Below, in pieces: positions 19,354 through 30,730 of a stretch of 60,150 bases of DNA. The DNA is taken from IMG/VR virus record IMGVR_UViG_3300046385_000041, positions 1 to 60,150 of that record, one strand, 5' to 3'. The stretch comes from a virus (taxonomy: Duplodnaviria > Caudoviricetes). The notes under the pieces are model-generated. The model made no database searches and was not told the origin of the DNA. It saw only the letters and a program-made list of their open reading frames with translations. Position numbers and translations under genes: made by a program. Every line of letters starts with the position of its first letter. Positions within the stretch are counted from its first letter, which is position 1.

Positions 19354-21759
19354 ATGAATATATACACAAATACAAATAGCGCTTTTCCAAGTCAGGTAGT
19401 ACCAGACGCAGTTAAGGCTTCTGAAGAATATGGCTTACAGGTATCACGTGCTATAGAGCAAGAGTGGTTTGACCAAGGCCGTACTACTCAGAACAGGTAT
19501 TTATCTAATTGGAATAATTTCCACCAATTAAGGTTATATGCTAGAGGAGAGCAGTCTGTACAAAAATATAAAGATGAATTAGCCACAAATGGTGATATTT
19601 CATATTTAAACTTAGATTGGAAACCAGTTCCTATTGTGTCTAAATTCGTGGACATCGTTGTTAATGGTATGTCTCAAAAAGGTTACGATATAAAAGCTTA
19701 CGCTCAAGATCCAGAATCTTTAAAATCTAAAACAAATTACGCACAGTCAATCTTGCGTGATATGTATGCTCAAGATCTTATTGCAAAAGCAAATGAACTT
19801 ACAGGAGAAAACTTACAGAACTCACCCTTAGCTAAAGACGAATTGCCTGAAACTAAAGAAGAGTTAGAATTGCACATGCAACTTAGTTACAAGCAGTCGG
19901 TTGAGATTGCTGAAGAAGAGGCTATCAATAATACATTGGCTCAAAACAAATGGGACGAGACAAGACGTAGATTAAACTACGACTTAGCTGTACTAGGTAT
20001 CGCTTGTGCTAAAACAAACTTTAACGTGAGTGAAGGTATTAAAACAGAATATGTTGATCCAGCTTACTTAGTTTACTCTTACACAGAAGATCCAAACTTT
20101 GAAGACATATATTATGTTGGGGAAGTTAAAGCTGTTACAATACCAGAATTAAAAATGCAATTTCCTCATTTATCAGAAGAGGAATTATATAAGATTCAAC
20201 AAATGCCCGGCAACAGACAGTATATAACTGGATGGGGCAATTATGACGAAAATACTGTTCAAGTATTATACTTTGAGTATAAAACTTATATGAACCAAGT
20301 ATTTAAAATAAAATACGGTGAAAACGGGATGGAGAAGGTAATTGAAAAGACCGACGATTTCAATCCACCGCCAAGTGACAAATTTGATAGAGTATCTAGA
20401 ACAATTGAAGTATTATATACAGGAGCAAAAATCTTGGGTACTAATACAATGTTGGAGTGGAAGCTATCTGAAAATATGTCTAGGCCTTTTGCTAATATGA
20501 CTAAGGTCGAAATGAATTATGTTATCACGGCGCCTAGAATGTACAAAGGAAGAATTGATTCCCTTGTTAATAAGATTACTGGGTTTGCCGATATGATTCA
20601 ATTAACTCACTTGAAGTTACAACAAGTAATGTCAAAAATGGTACCAGATGGTGTCTTTGTTGATGTTGATGGTTTAGCTGAAGTTGATTTAGGTAATGGC
20701 ACAAACTACAATCCAGCGGAAGCATTGAATATGTATTTCCAAACCGGTAGTATCATTGGTAGATCATTATCTCAAGATGGAGGAATGAATCCTGGTAAAG
20801 TGCCTATTCAAGAGCTTAGTAGTTCATCTGGTCAAGCTAAGATTGCATCGCTTATACAAACTTACCAATACTATTTGCAATTGATAAGAGATGTTACGGG
20901 ACTTAATGAAGCACGCGACGGAAGCATGGCTGATAAAGATACGCTTGTAGGATTGCAAAAGATGGCTGCTAACGCATCAAATACCGCTACTAGACATATA
21001 TTACAGTCTAGCCTTTATTTGACTCTTAGAACGTGTGAAAACATATCTCTTAGAATTGCGGATTGTCTTGATTATCCTTTATTAGCTAAAGTATTAGAAG
21101 AGAGCATTACTACATATAATGTGGAAACATTAAAAGAGATTAAATATTTAAACCTTTATGAGTTTGGTATTTATTTAGAGTTAGAACCAGACGAAGAAGA
21201 AAAAGCGTTGCTTGAACAAAACATTCAAGTTGCTCTTCAAACTGGAGGTATTGATTTAGACGATGCTATTGATATCCGTCAAATCAAAAACTTAAAGTTA
21301 GCTAACCAAACTCTTAAGTACAGAAAGAAAAAGAAACAAGCTGCCGCGCAAGCTGCTCAAATGGCTAACATTCAAGCACAAGCGCAATCAAATCAAGAGA
21401 CAGCAGAAAAAGCTGCATTATTTGAAGTACAAAAGCAACAAGCGTTAACTCAAGAAACAGTTAATGTGGAGCAAGCTAAGTCTCAGTTTGAAATACAAAG
21501 AATGCAAACAGAAGCTGAAATTAAGAAACAGCTTATGGAATTACAGTATCAATACGATATGCAGTTAGCACAAATCAAAGCGCAAACAATTGATAAAAAT
21601 TTACAAGCTGCTGAAGATAGAAAAGATGCTAGAACAAAAATACAAGCTACACAGCAATCAGAATTAATAGATCAACGTAAAAACAATTCGTTACCTAAAG
21701 ATTTTGAAACACAAGATGATGGCTTTTCAGGAGATCTAAATGCAATGTTAGGAATGTAA
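19354..21759 (+). CDS. Portal protein
   Basis: About 800 aa after TerL; PIVSKFVDIVV motif; Gln-rich C-terminal coiled coil (barrel). Confidence 0.85.
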   Translation: MNIYTNTNSAFPSQVVPDAVKASEEYGLQVSRAIEQEWFDQGRTTQNRYLSNWNNFHQLRLYARGEQSVQKYKDELATNGDISYLNLDWKPVPIVSKFVDIVVNGMSQKGYDIKAYAQDPESLKSKTNYAQSILRDMYAQDLIAKANELTGENLQNSPLAKDELPETKEELELHMQLSYKQSVEIAEEEAINNTLAQNKWDETRRRLNYDLAVLGIACAKTNFNVSEGIKTEYVDPAYLVYSYTEDPNFEDIYYVGEVKAVTIPELKMQFPHLSEEELYKIQQMPGNRQYITGWGNYDENTVQVLYFEYKTYMNQVFKIKYGENGMEKVIEKTDDFNPPPSDKFDRVSRTIEVLYTGAKILGTNTMLEWKLSENMSRPFANMTKVEMNYVITAPRMYKGRIDSLVNKITGFADMIQLTHLKLQQVMSKMVPDGVFVDVDGLAEVDLGNGTNYNPAEALNMYFQTGSIIGRSLSQDGGMNPGKVPIQELSSSSGQAKIASLIQTYQYYLQLIRDVTGLNEARDGSMADKDTLVGLQKMAANASNTATRHILQSSLYLTLRTCENISLRIADCLDYPLLAKVLEESITTYNVETLKEIKYLNLYEFGIYLELEPDEEEKALLEQNIQVALQTGGIDLDDAIDIRQIKNLKLANQTLKYRKKKKQAAAQAAQMANIQAQAQSNQETAEKAALFEVQKQQALTQETVNVEQAKSQFEIQRMQTEAEIKKQLMELQYQYDMQLAQIKAQTIDKNLQAAEDRKDARTKIQATQQSELIDQRKNNSLPKDFETQDDGFSGDLNAMLGM

Positions 21760-21792
21760 TACCATTATTAACCAATTTTATATTATTATATC

Positions 21793-22965
21793 ATGTCAGA
21801 AGTAGTTAAACAAGAAGGCGACTTTAAAATGCCAAAGCCAAAAAAACCTAGAAATTTAAATAAGCAACCAGAGGTTACAAAAGTTGACTTAGCTGAAAAG
21901 AAGGTTGAACAAGAAGTTACAAAAGTAATTATACCTAATACCGAAGCAGATGCCGTTCAAGAACAAAGCACAACAGAAAGCGTGTTACACACAGAACAAC
22001 CCGAATTGGGATTGCAAGAAGTGGAGCAAGGAAACGAAGGGACCTTTGAAAATGTTATTGAAGAAATATCAAGCGAAGAGGTAGACACTAAAGCAATTGA
22101 ACAAGAGGTAGCTCATCATGTGCAAGAACAAATCAATACTGGTAAACCATTACCAGAAAATATTGAGAAGCTTGTTAGCTTTATGGAAGAGACCGGAGGT
22201 ACTATCGAGGATTATGCTAGATTAAACATCGACTATAATTCAATAAATAGCGAAACGTTGCTTAGAGAATACTATAAAAAATCAAGACCGCATTTAGACT
22301 TAGAGGAAATACAATTCCTTATGGAGGACGAATTTAGTTATGATGAAGAATTAGATGATGAGCGAGACATCAGAAAGAAAAAACTCGCATTTAAAGAGGA
22401 GGTTGCAAAAGCAAAATACTTTTTGGAAGATCTTAAGAATAAATATTACGACGAAATCAAGTTGAGACCGGGCGTATCTAAAGAACAACAAGAGGCATTT
22501 GAATTTTTTAACCGATACAAGAAGGACGAAGAGCAGAATGCTGCAAAACACGCAAGGTTTAAACAGAATACTAAAAGCTTATTTAACAATGAATTCAAAG
22601 GTTTTGAATATAGTGTTGGAGAAAAAAGATTTAGATATGGAGTACAAAACCATGAGCAAGTTGCAGAGAAGCAATCAGACATTAGCAATTTCTTAGGGAA
22701 GTTCCTAGATAAAGAAGGTAATATTGCTGATACATCTGGTTACCACAAAGCTCTTTACACCGCAATGAACGCAGATAAAATTGCACAACACTTTTACGAA
22801 CAAGGAAAAGCGGATGCAGTTAAAGAAGTGGTTAGCAGTTCTAAGAATCAAGCATCAACACAGCCAAGACAAGCTCCTGGGGATGTTTTTGTAAACGGTT
22901 TAAAAGTTAAAGCTATCAGCGGTTTTGATTCTTCTAAATTAAGAATACAAACAAAAAAATTTTAA
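21793..22965 (+). CDS. Putative capsid scaffolding protein
   Basis: Acidic, helical, between portal and MCP. Confidence 0.6.
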   Translation: MSEVVKQEGDFKMPKPKKPRNLNKQPEVTKVDLAEKKVEQEVTKVIIPNTEADAVQEQSTTESVLHTEQPELGLQEVEQGNEGTFENVIEEISSEEVDTKAIEQEVAHHVQEQINTGKPLPENIEKLVSFMEETGGTIEDYARLNIDYNSINSETLLREYYKKSRPHLDLEEIQFLMEDEFSYDEELDDERDIRKKKLAFKEEVAKAKYFLEDLKNKYYDEIKLRPGVSKEQQEAFEFFNRYKKDEEQNAAKHARFKQNTKSLFNNEFKGFEYSVGEKRFRYGVQNHEQVAEKQSDISNFLGKFLDKEGNIADTSGYHKALYTAMNADKIAQHFYEQGKADAVKEVVSSSKNQASTQPRQAPGDVFVNGLKVKAISGFDSSKLRIQTKKF

Positions 22966-22984
22966 ACATTAAACATTAAAAACT

Positions 22985-24427
22985 ATGGCAGCAATTAGCC
23001 CGGCATTCGGTTCGATTAAACCGAGTCAAAAACAACAAGCGTTAGAAACTAACTACTTAAACTTTACAGATGGTAGTGGTAATGATTTCGCACAGCAATA
23101 TTTACCAGAAATCTACGAAGCTGAAGTAGAGCGTTACGGAAACAGAACTTTATCTGGATTCTTACGTATGGTAGGGGCAGAGATGCCAATGTCTTCTGAT
23201 CAAGTAGTTTGGTCTGAACAAAATAGATTACACATTGCTTACAAAGATGTATCTTGTGCTTCTGCTACAACTTTAACTTTTACAGTTGGTGGATCAGGTG
23301 CTAACTTTGTAGAGAATGTTATCTCAGTAGGACAAACTTTAGTAGTTATGAGCCCGTCAACAGGTAAAGAACTTAAAGTTTATGTTACAGCTTCTACAAC
23401 TGCTTCTACAACTGCTACAGTTACAGTTAAGCCTTATACTCAATTAGATTTGACTACAGGTGCTGGAAACGTTGTTAACTTTGCTTCTGCTACAAACCTT
23501 AAAATCTTTGTTTACGGTTCTGAATTCAAAAAAGGAACTACAGATGCTTCTTTAAACTCTGTTACTCCTTCTTTTACTCAGTACTCTAACTCTCCAATCA
23601 TCATCAAATCTAAATATGCTATCAATGGTTCTGATACTGCTCAGATCGGATGGGTTGAAGTTGCTACTGAAGATGGAACAAGTGGATACTTATGGTATTT
23701 GAAAGCTGAAGCTGAAACAAGATTACGTTTCGAAGATTACTTAGAAATGTCAGTTATTGAAGGTGAATTAGTTTCTGGAGGTTCTACTTTAGGATCAGGA
23801 AATGGATTGAAAGGTACTGAAGGTTTATTTGCTGCTGTTAAAAGTAGAGGTAACGTTGTAAACAATTTCTCTGCTTCTTCTGGATTAGCTGATTTTGATT
23901 CAATCTTGAAAAACTTGGATACTCAAGGAGCTATTGAAGAAAACATGTTCTTCTTGAACCGCGCTACTTCTCTTGACTTTGACGATATGTTAGCTTCTTT
24001 ATCTGCTGGTTCCGCTGGTGGTGTTGCTTACGGATTGTTTGAAAACTCTGAGCAAATGGCTTTGAACTTAGGATTCTCTGGATTCCGTCGTGGATCTTAT
24101 GATTTCTACAAAACTGATTGGAAATATTTGAATGATGCATCTACTCGTGGAGGTATGGCTAATACTGCAATTGACGGTATCCTTATTCCTGCTGGAACAT
24201 CTACAGTATACGATCAACAATTAGGAACTAACATCCGTCGTCCATTCTTACACGTTCGTTATAGAGCTAACCAAGCTGATGACAGACGTATGAAAAACTG
24301 GATCACTGGATCTGTTGGAGGTGCTTACACTTCTGATCTTGATGCAATGGAGGTACACTTCTTGTCTGAAAGATGTTTAGTTACTCAAGGTGCAAACAAC
24401 TTCGTATTGTTTACAGCTTCTGTATAA
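22985..24427 (+). CDS. Major capsid protein
   Basis: 480 aa, strongly biased codon usage, TEGLF motif, followed by a strong terminator. Confidence 0.88.
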   Translation: MAAISPAFGSIKPSQKQQALETNYLNFTDGSGNDFAQQYLPEIYEAEVERYGNRTLSGFLRMVGAEMPMSSDQVVWSEQNRLHIAYKDVSCASATTLTFTVGGSGANFVENVISVGQTLVVMSPSTGKELKVYVTASTTASTTATVTVKPYTQLDLTTGAGNVVNFASATNLKIFVYGSEFKKGTTDASLNSVTPSFTQYSNSPIIIKSKYAINGSDTAQIGWVEVATEDGTSGYLWYLKAEAETRLRFEDYLEMSVIEGELVSGGSTLGSGNGLKGTEGLFAAVKSRGNVVNNFSASSGLADFDSILKNLDTQGAIEENMFFLNRATSLDFDDMLASLSAGSAGGVAYGLFENSEQMALNLGFSGFRRGSYDFYKTDWKYLNDASTRGGMANTAIDGILIPAGTSTVYDQQLGTNIRRPFLHVRYRANQADDRRMKNWITGSVGGAYTSDLDAMEVHFLSERCLVTQGANNFVLFTASV

Positions 24428-24433
24428 TTCTTT

Positions 24434-24480
24434 GGTGATATTACCCTCGTTGAAACTACGGGGGTAATTATTACCTTTTT
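24434..24480 (+). terminator. Rho-independent terminator after MCP
   Basis: ATTACCCTCGT/ACGGGGGTAAT stem, extended by GGTGAT/ATTACC, then T-tract. Confidence 0.75.
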
Positions 24481-24507
24481 AAAAAAATTATTAAATTATA
24501 TTATATT

Positions 24508-25398
24508 ATGGCAATTGCAAAAAAAGAAAATGCACCGATGAGTGCAAAAGTAGATAACACAACTCAGGACGTTGATATGGTTAATGAAATAGAAGTTAAC
24601 GAAAAAGTTGAAGTTACCACTAAAAAAGAACAAGCATATAAAGAAGTTAAACCTTCTAAACCAGCATGGGAAATTAAAGATAGAACTTATGTTATAGCTG
24701 ATAGTCATGCTCCACTAACGTATACCCTTCAAAGTAAACACACTGCTAGATACCCATTAATTTGGGTTGACAAAGTAACAGGAGAACAAGAAGAGTTACG
24801 ATATGCTACAAATCAAAATTCCCCGTTAGTTAGCCAACAAAAAGGTCAGGTAACTTTGGGACATATTATGTTTGAGAACGGTGTATTAAACGTTCCAAAA
24901 GAAAAACAAAATTTGCAAAAATTACTTTCATTATACCATCCAGGACTTGGTGCTAAATACACAGAGTTTGATCCTACGGCTGAAGCTGAAGATGATTTAG
25001 ATTGGTTAGAATTAGAAGTAGACGCTATGAGAATGGCTTTTGAAATGGATATAGACGAAGCTGAAGCTATTGTTAGAGTAGAAGTTGGATCTAGAGTTAA
25101 TAAGATGAGCTCTAAAGAAATAAAAAGAGACTTACTATTGTTTGCTAAAAGAAATCCAGCATTATTCGTAGAGCTTGCAAATGATGATAACGTACAGCTT
25201 AGAAACTTAGCTATTAGAGCTACCGAAGCAAATATTATAACTTTATCACAAGACCAAAGAACTTTTTCTTGGACTGAGAATGATAGAAAATTAATGACAG
25301 TGCCATTTGATGAAAATCCATACTCAGCAATGGCGGCTTTCTTTAAGACAGATGAAGGTGTTCAAGTCTTTAGGTCTATAGAGAAAAAACTTAAATAA
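24508..25398 (+). CDS. Hypothetical protein downstream of MCP
   Basis: Long ORF in head cluster. Confidence 0.7.
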   Translation: MAIAKKENAPMSAKVDNTTQDVDMVNEIEVNEKVEVTTKKEQAYKEVKPSKPAWEIKDRTYVIADSHAPLTYTLQSKHTARYPLIWVDKVTGEQEELRYATNQNSPLVSQQKGQVTLGHIMFENGVLNVPKEKQNLQKLLSLYHPGLGAKYTEFDPTAEAEDDLDWLELEVDAMRMAFEMDIDEAEAIVRVEVGSRVNKMSSKEIKRDLLLFAKRNPALFVELANDDNVQLRNLAIRATEANIITLSQDQRTFSWTENDRKLMTVPFDENPYSAMAAFFKTDEGVQVFRSIEKKLK

Positions 25399-25399
25399 T

Positions 25400-25453
25400 A
25401 CGTAATATTAATATATAGGCGGTTATTGTACTTAAAACTGCAATAACTGCCTA
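25400..25453 (+). promoter_or_regulatory. Putative late promoter followed by long hairpin
   Basis: ACGTAATATTAATATATA then TAGGCGGTTATTG/CAATAACTGCCTA stem without T-tract. Confidence 0.5.
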
Positions 25454-25475
25454 AATATTATAATAAATACAACAG

Positions 25476-26243
25476 ATGGCAATAAATGTAGATACAGTTT
25501 ACAAAACAGTTTTATCGATATTAAATAAGGAGCAACGTGGCTACATGACTCCCCAAGAATTCAATAAAACAGCAACACAAGTACAACTTGAAATATTCGA
25601 ACAATATTTTGATGACTTAAATCAACAACTCCGCGCACCTCAAAGTGACCAGGATTATGCTGATAGAGTTGCAAATATTGAAGAGAAGATGTCTATATTT
25701 GAAACCACAGGTTTATGTACATATACAGCAAATAGTGCAGGCGGATATTTTTCTTTGCCTACAACTGATGCGTATGGAGTAACATATTCACCGTATAGAT
25801 TGGGCTCTTTAGCTTATAGAAATGTATACGGCACTAGCATAGGGCCTTTGGAAGAGTTACAGAGATCGGAATTTTATTATATACAGAATTCTAGATTAAC
25901 AGCATCGACATTAAAGAACCCGACTTTCTTAAGAGAATCAAATAGAATAGTAGTAGCTCCAAGCTCTATTATAACCAATATAACAGCAAACTATATTAGA
26001 AAACCATTAGATCCTGTTTGGGGTTTTACCGTTGGATCTAGAGGTCAATATATTTACAACCCAGCAGCATACGTTCCAGGAACACCAGCTACAGGTTCAA
26101 GAAACTTTGAATTGCACGAGTCAGAACAAACAAGAGTTATAATCAAGATATTAATGTACGCAGGTATAATAATAAAAGATCCACAAATTGTTCAAGCGGC
26201 TGCTCAGCAATCACAATTAGAAGATATAAACTCTAAAAGCTAA
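25476..26243 (+). CDS. Tail ring / head-tail adaptor protein
   Basis: LNKEQRGYMTPQEFN start, YIRKPxDP, FELHxSE; position typical of crAss-like ring proteins. Confidence 0.6.
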   Translation: MAINVDTVYKTVLSILNKEQRGYMTPQEFNKTATQVQLEIFEQYFDDLNQQLRAPQSDQDYADRVANIEEKMSIFETTGLCTYTANSAGGYFSLPTTDAYGVTYSPYRLGSLAYRNVYGTSIGPLEELQRSEFYYIQNSRLTASTLKNPTFLRESNRIVVAPSSIITNITANYIRKPLDPVWGFTVGSRGQYIYNPAAYVPGTPATGSRNFELHESEQTRVIIKILMYAGIIIKDPQIVQAAAQQSQLEDINSKS

Positions 26244-26250
26244 ATAGACT

Positions 26251-27483
26251 ATGCCGATGCCTAATGGTGGTTTAATTACCGAAACAAACAGACAATACTA
26301 CGAAGGAGCCCAAGGGTTTATAGCTGACGGAACTCAAAAAACATTTACAACTACATTTGATACCAATTTAATATTTGGTTCTTACAATCCAAACGAAACT
26401 AATTATGCTTTAAATAACTTTAAGTTATATGTAAGCCCTAATGGTTACGCAGAAACTTGGACAGAATATACATCTGCTTATTCGATAGTTGGTAACACAA
26501 TAACCACAGTAGCAACATTACCAGCCGGTACAAACGTAGTGGTTCAATTAAAAGTGTTAAGCGGTGGTAATTACGGAACACCTTCTTTACCAGGCAGTTA
26601 TGCTTACGGTAATACAACAGAAGATAACTACGGATCATACGCTTATATAACATTAGATGAGATTGTTAATAATTTTATGATTGCTTATGTTGGTAATGGT
26701 AAACTTGTTAGCTCTGCAAAAAAAACAGATGTAATATTCCACGCAAAACGTAGCCTACAAGAATTCAGTTACGACGTTTTAAAAAGCGTAAAATCCCAAG
26801 AGCTAACCGTACCGCCAAATTTAAGTATTGTTATACCTCAGGATTACGTTAACTATGTACGTATGTCATGGATAGATTGGCACGGTGTTAAACATATTAT
26901 ATACCCAAGTAATAATATTACAATAGACCCTTCTGAAACGCCTGTACAAGATGACTTAGGTGTTCCAGTTCAAGATGATTTCAATTCAAACATCGAGGGT
27001 ACTTCAATAACAGAGGAAAGATGGGATACTCATAATGGGGGTCTTGAGTCTTATGACTTAGGAGCATTTGTTGGGGATTGGAGAAACGGAGATCAATGGG
27101 TTCAGAGTGCTTGGTATGGCAGAAAATACGGACTAGATCCGCAATTTGCTAATATGAATGGTTACTTTACTATTAATGATCGTGAAGGTAAAATATCTTT
27201 TAGTAGTAATTTAGTACATAGACTTATAGTATTAGAATACATATCTGATGGATTAGCTTATGAAATGGATTCAAAGGTTCCTAAGATGGCTGAAGAAGCT
27301 ATGTATTCTTACATCTTACACGCTATTATAGCAACCAAAGCTAATCAACCAGAATACTTGGTACAACGTCTTAAACAAGAGAAAAACGCTAAATTAAGAA
27401 ATGCTAAGATAAGATTATCTAATATTAAATTAGAAGAAATAACTCAAGTTTTAAGAGGTCAGTCTAAGTGGATTAAACACTAA
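26251..27483 (+). CDS. Tail ring / adaptor protein
   Basis: IPQDYVNYV and LEYISDG motifs of adaptor-type proteins. Confidence 0.6.
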   Translation: MPMPNGGLITETNRQYYEGAQGFIADGTQKTFTTTFDTNLIFGSYNPNETNYALNNFKLYVSPNGYAETWTEYTSAYSIVGNTITTVATLPAGTNVVVQLKVLSGGNYGTPSLPGSYAYGNTTEDNYGSYAYITLDEIVNNFMIAYVGNGKLVSSAKKTDVIFHAKRSLQEFSYDVLKSVKSQELTVPPNLSIVIPQDYVNYVRMSWIDWHGVKHIIYPSNNITIDPSETPVQDDLGVPVQDDFNSNIEGTSITEERWDTHNGGLESYDLGAFVGDWRNGDQWVQSAWYGRKYGLDPQFANMNGYFTINDREGKISFSSNLVHRLIVLEYISDGLAYEMDSKVPKMAEEAMYSYILHAIIATKANQPEYLVQRLKQEKNAKLRNAKIRLSNIKLEEITQVLRGQSKWIKH

Positions 27484-27487
27484 TTAT

Positions 27488-30400
27488 ATGATAGAAATTA
27501 AAAATAATTTTCTAGCATCTAAAATGAATAAAGACATTGACGATAGGCTATTACCAAAAAACCAATATAGGAATGCGGTAAATCTTGAAATCAATAGATC
27601 TGAAAATTCAGATGCGGGAACAGTACAAAATATATTAGGTAATGTCTTGGCGTTGAATGGTAACTTTAGAAGCATCACAAACACTAATGACTTAGACTGT
27701 ATAGGTGCTTACGCGGATCCATCGAATGATACATTGTATATATTCTTGACAAACAATGTTAATAGTAATTACAATAAGCTTGCTAAGAATTTTATATATT
27801 CTTATAATGCGCTTGCACAGCAATCTACATTATTAGTTCAAGGTGCTTTTTTAAACTTTTCAAAAAATTCACCAGTAATTGGTATCAACGTATTAGAAAA
27901 CTTTTTATTCTGGACGGATAATAGAAATCAACCCAGAAAAATAAACATTACAAAAGCTTTAGCAAATTCAGCATATTATACCATAGAGGAACAAATATCT
28001 GTAGCAAAGCCAAACCCATTGCAACCACCATTCTTATATAAAGAAAGTACAAAAACCGGTTCACCATCAGCACCTAAGTACGAAACTACAATGTACAATG
28101 TTGCTGACGCTCTATTGCCTACTGGGCAAACCAATCCATACTATGATGCAGATTATATTGGAGACGCTGCTTATCTTGAAGACAAGTTTGTTAGATTTAG
28201 TTATAGATACAAATTTGAGGACGGCGAGTATTCAATTATTGCGCCATTCACACAAATAGCATATATACCAAGACAAGATGGATACTTTATGTATACACCG
28301 CCAGCATCACCAGGTGGAGAACCTGTAAAAGATGACGAAACAGCCGCGTATAGATCTACTATTGTAAACTTTATGCAGAACAAAGTTGATCAAGTAAAAT
28401 TACAAATTGATCTACCGACACCTGCTAATCAATTGCTTTCTACGCTTAAAATAGCTGAAATAGAAATACTATATAAGGATGCAAACGAAGTAGCGGTAAG
28501 TGTTATAGATTCTATATCTACCACATCGTTCACTACTGGTACTACAGTATACGAATACGTATATGATTCCAAAAAACCATATAAGACATTACCAACAAAG
28601 GATCTAATCCGTGTTAATGATATAGTTCCAATAAAAGCATTAGGGCAAGAAATTATAAGCAATAGAGTTGTTTATAGTAATTACCAGAACAAAGCATCAT
28701 ATCCAAAGTATCTTAATTATAACGTTGGGGTTGGTAATAAAAGTTCTTTTATAAACAGAACTAGTAGAACTAGTAAAATAGAATATCCAAATCATTCCGT
28801 AAAACAGAATAGAAATTATCAAGTTGGTATTATACTTGGTGACAAGTTTGGTAGAGAGTCAGGCGTTATATTGTCTGACGCTATTACATCTATTGACGCA
28901 AGACAGTTTGGAGCATCATCTTTATATTTTGGATATAGAGATGCAACAAAAACAGCTCCTTCTAATTATCCTGGATCTGCGTTAAAAGTTCTTTTTAATA
29001 ACAAGATTGATAATGGACCAGCCGGATGGCCTGGTTTGTATAATGGTGATCCAACTAGTGATAACTATAATCCACTTGGTTGGTATTCATATAAGATTGT
29101 TGTAAAACAAACGGAACAGGATTACTACAATGTATACTTGCCCGGGTTTATGGCAGCATACCCAGACAACCAAACATTAGAGCTAGGTAAGACGTCGCAC
29201 ATAGTATTAATTAACGACAATATAAACAAAGTACCAAGAGACTTAACGGAGGTTGGACCTGCTCAATTGCAATTTAGAAGTAGTGCGGTTTTATATCCTA
29301 GAGTAAATAATAATACTGCAGCGTATAATAACCAACAGTTTTACCCAGGTAATACATATTCATTAGCTAGCACAATTGCGACTAATAATTCTTTGTTTTT
29401 TCCTAATAACGTTTTGCCTACCTCTCCAAATGCTGGATTTAATCAATTTTATCAATTAAATTCAGATCCGCTTATAGCTAGGCTAGCAACACCATCATTA
29501 CTTGGAGTAATATCTACAAGCAATGTTATAAATTTATCTGTTGCAGAAACAAAGCCGTTTGATTCTAAATTAGATATATATTGGGAGACTTCAACTTGTG
29601 GTATTATATCAGAGTTAAACACTTTAATAGACCAAGGCGTTGCGGGGGCAACAGAGATGACTAGTGAAACAGGTGTGCTATTAGAAAGTAAACCTAATAC
29701 TTCGTCTACGCAGGTTATTAACAGCATGCGTTTTTACGATGACTTAGGTAACCCTGTTTTATTAAGTGATGAAGAGGTAGAATTAACATCAGTCGTTAAT
29801 GCTGCTGGTGATAATATAACAAGCAAGTTTGCGTTACAAAACACAGCTACAGATGGTGTATTTCAAATTATAGCTAATACATCAAGTTATTTTACTTATC
29901 AATTGCCACTTACAAAAAATCAATATAAGTTCAATGTAAGGAGTAGTAGTGGTATACCTTTAGAAGTTGTGGATTACGAAGTTGATATGACACTTACAAA
30001 TGTTGTACCAACAATAACATATCCGGCTTCTGGAACAGTATTTACTTTTAATGAAGATATAGGCACACAAATAGTTACAACATTCTCCGGAGTAAACGGA
30101 TCAGCAGATACTGCTAATAACCAATTAGACTTAAGTTGGTCTTTGGTTGGCGCGGACTCAAACTTTTCAATATCTAGCGGAGGTGTATTAACTGCCAATA
30201 CAAACGGATTAGCTCCTAATGATTATAGTGTAACAGTTAGATTATCTGATGCTGGAGCATCGGTTACAAGATCAATTACAGTTAGGATAGCAGAGGTTCC
30301 GGCTTTATATATGTTGTCTGGTGGATCTAGCGGAGCTTCATTTACATATTATGATGCAACCAATACAGCACAATATGCTGAATTAGGACCTGGAGTTACA

Positions 30401-30718
30401 ATAGCTAGATGTATGTTTGGTTCATCAAAACCAGCATCTGCAACATATATAAGTCCTTGTACTACTATTCCAACGGGATGTGCGATATTCACATTAAGCG
30501 GTGGATCAAGCGGAAGATCATTTACATTTACGCCAATTGGAGAATCGGTTACAACATTAAATGTTCCAGCGAATGCATCGACAACATTAAGAATACAAAC
30601 ACCGTATAATACGATTGGAGCATTACAAAAAACAGGTACAGTACAAGGCGGAGAAACCTGCCCTACTAACGCTGACTATGCTAGATCTGATTATTCATTA
30701 TTCGATTATTTCACTTAA
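27488..30718 (+). CDS. Tail nozzle/muzzle (stabilisation) protein, N-terminal part, with C-terminal cadherin/Ig-like extension
   Basis: MNKDIDDRLLPKNQYRNAVN start, LFWTDNRNQPRKINI, RFSYRYKF; WSLVG...FSISSGGVL...YSVTVRLSD near the end. Confidence 0.7.
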   Translation: MIEIKNNFLASKMNKDIDDRLLPKNQYRNAVNLEINRSENSDAGTVQNILGNVLALNGNFRSITNTNDLDCIGAYADPSNDTLYIFLTNNVNSNYNKLAKNFIYSYNALAQQSTLLVQGAFLNFSKNSPVIGINVLENFLFWTDNRNQPRKINITKALANSAYYTIEEQISVAKPNPLQPPFLYKESTKTGSPSAPKYETTMYNVADALLPTGQTNPYYDADYIGDAAYLEDKFVRFSYRYKFEDGEYSIIAPFTQIAYIPRQDGYFMYTPPASPGGEPVKDDETAAYRSTIVNFMQNKVDQVKLQIDLPTPANQLLSTLKIAEIEILYKDANEVAVSVIDSISTTSFTTGTTVYEYVYDSKKPYKTLPTKDLIRVNDIVPIKALGQEIISNRVVYSNYQNKASYPKYLNYNVGVGNKSSFINRTSRTSKIEYPNHSVKQNRNYQVGIILGDKFGRESGVILSDAITSIDARQFGASSLYFGYRDATKTAPSNYPGSALKVLFNNKIDNGPAGWPGLYNGDPTSDNYNPLGWYSYKIVVKQTEQDYYNVYLPGFMAAYPDNQTLELGKTSHIVLINDNINKVPRDLTEVGPAQLQFRSSAVLYPRVNNNTAAYNNQQFYPGNTYSLASTIATNNSLFFPNNVLPTSPNAGFNQFYQLNSDPLIARLATPSLLGVISTSNVINLSVAETKPFDSKLDIYWETSTCGIISELNTLIDQGVAGATEMTSETGVLLESKPNTSSTQVINSMRFYDDLGNPVLLSDEEVELTSVVNAAGDNITSKFALQNTATDGVFQIIANTSSYFTYQLPLTKNQYKFNVRSSSGIPLEVVDYEVDMTLTNVVPTITYPASGTVFTFNEDIGTQIVTTFSGVNGSADTANNQLDLSWSLVGADSNFSISSGGVLTANTNGLAPNDYSVTVRLSDAGASVTRSITVRIAEVPALYMLSGGSSGASFTYYDATNTAQYAELGPGVTIARCMFGSSKPASATYISPCTTIPTGCAIFTLSGGSSGRSFTFTPIGESVTTLNVPANASTTLRIQTPYNTIGALQKTGTVQGGETCPTNADYARSDYSLFDYFT

Positions 30719-30730
30719 AAATATAAAAAA

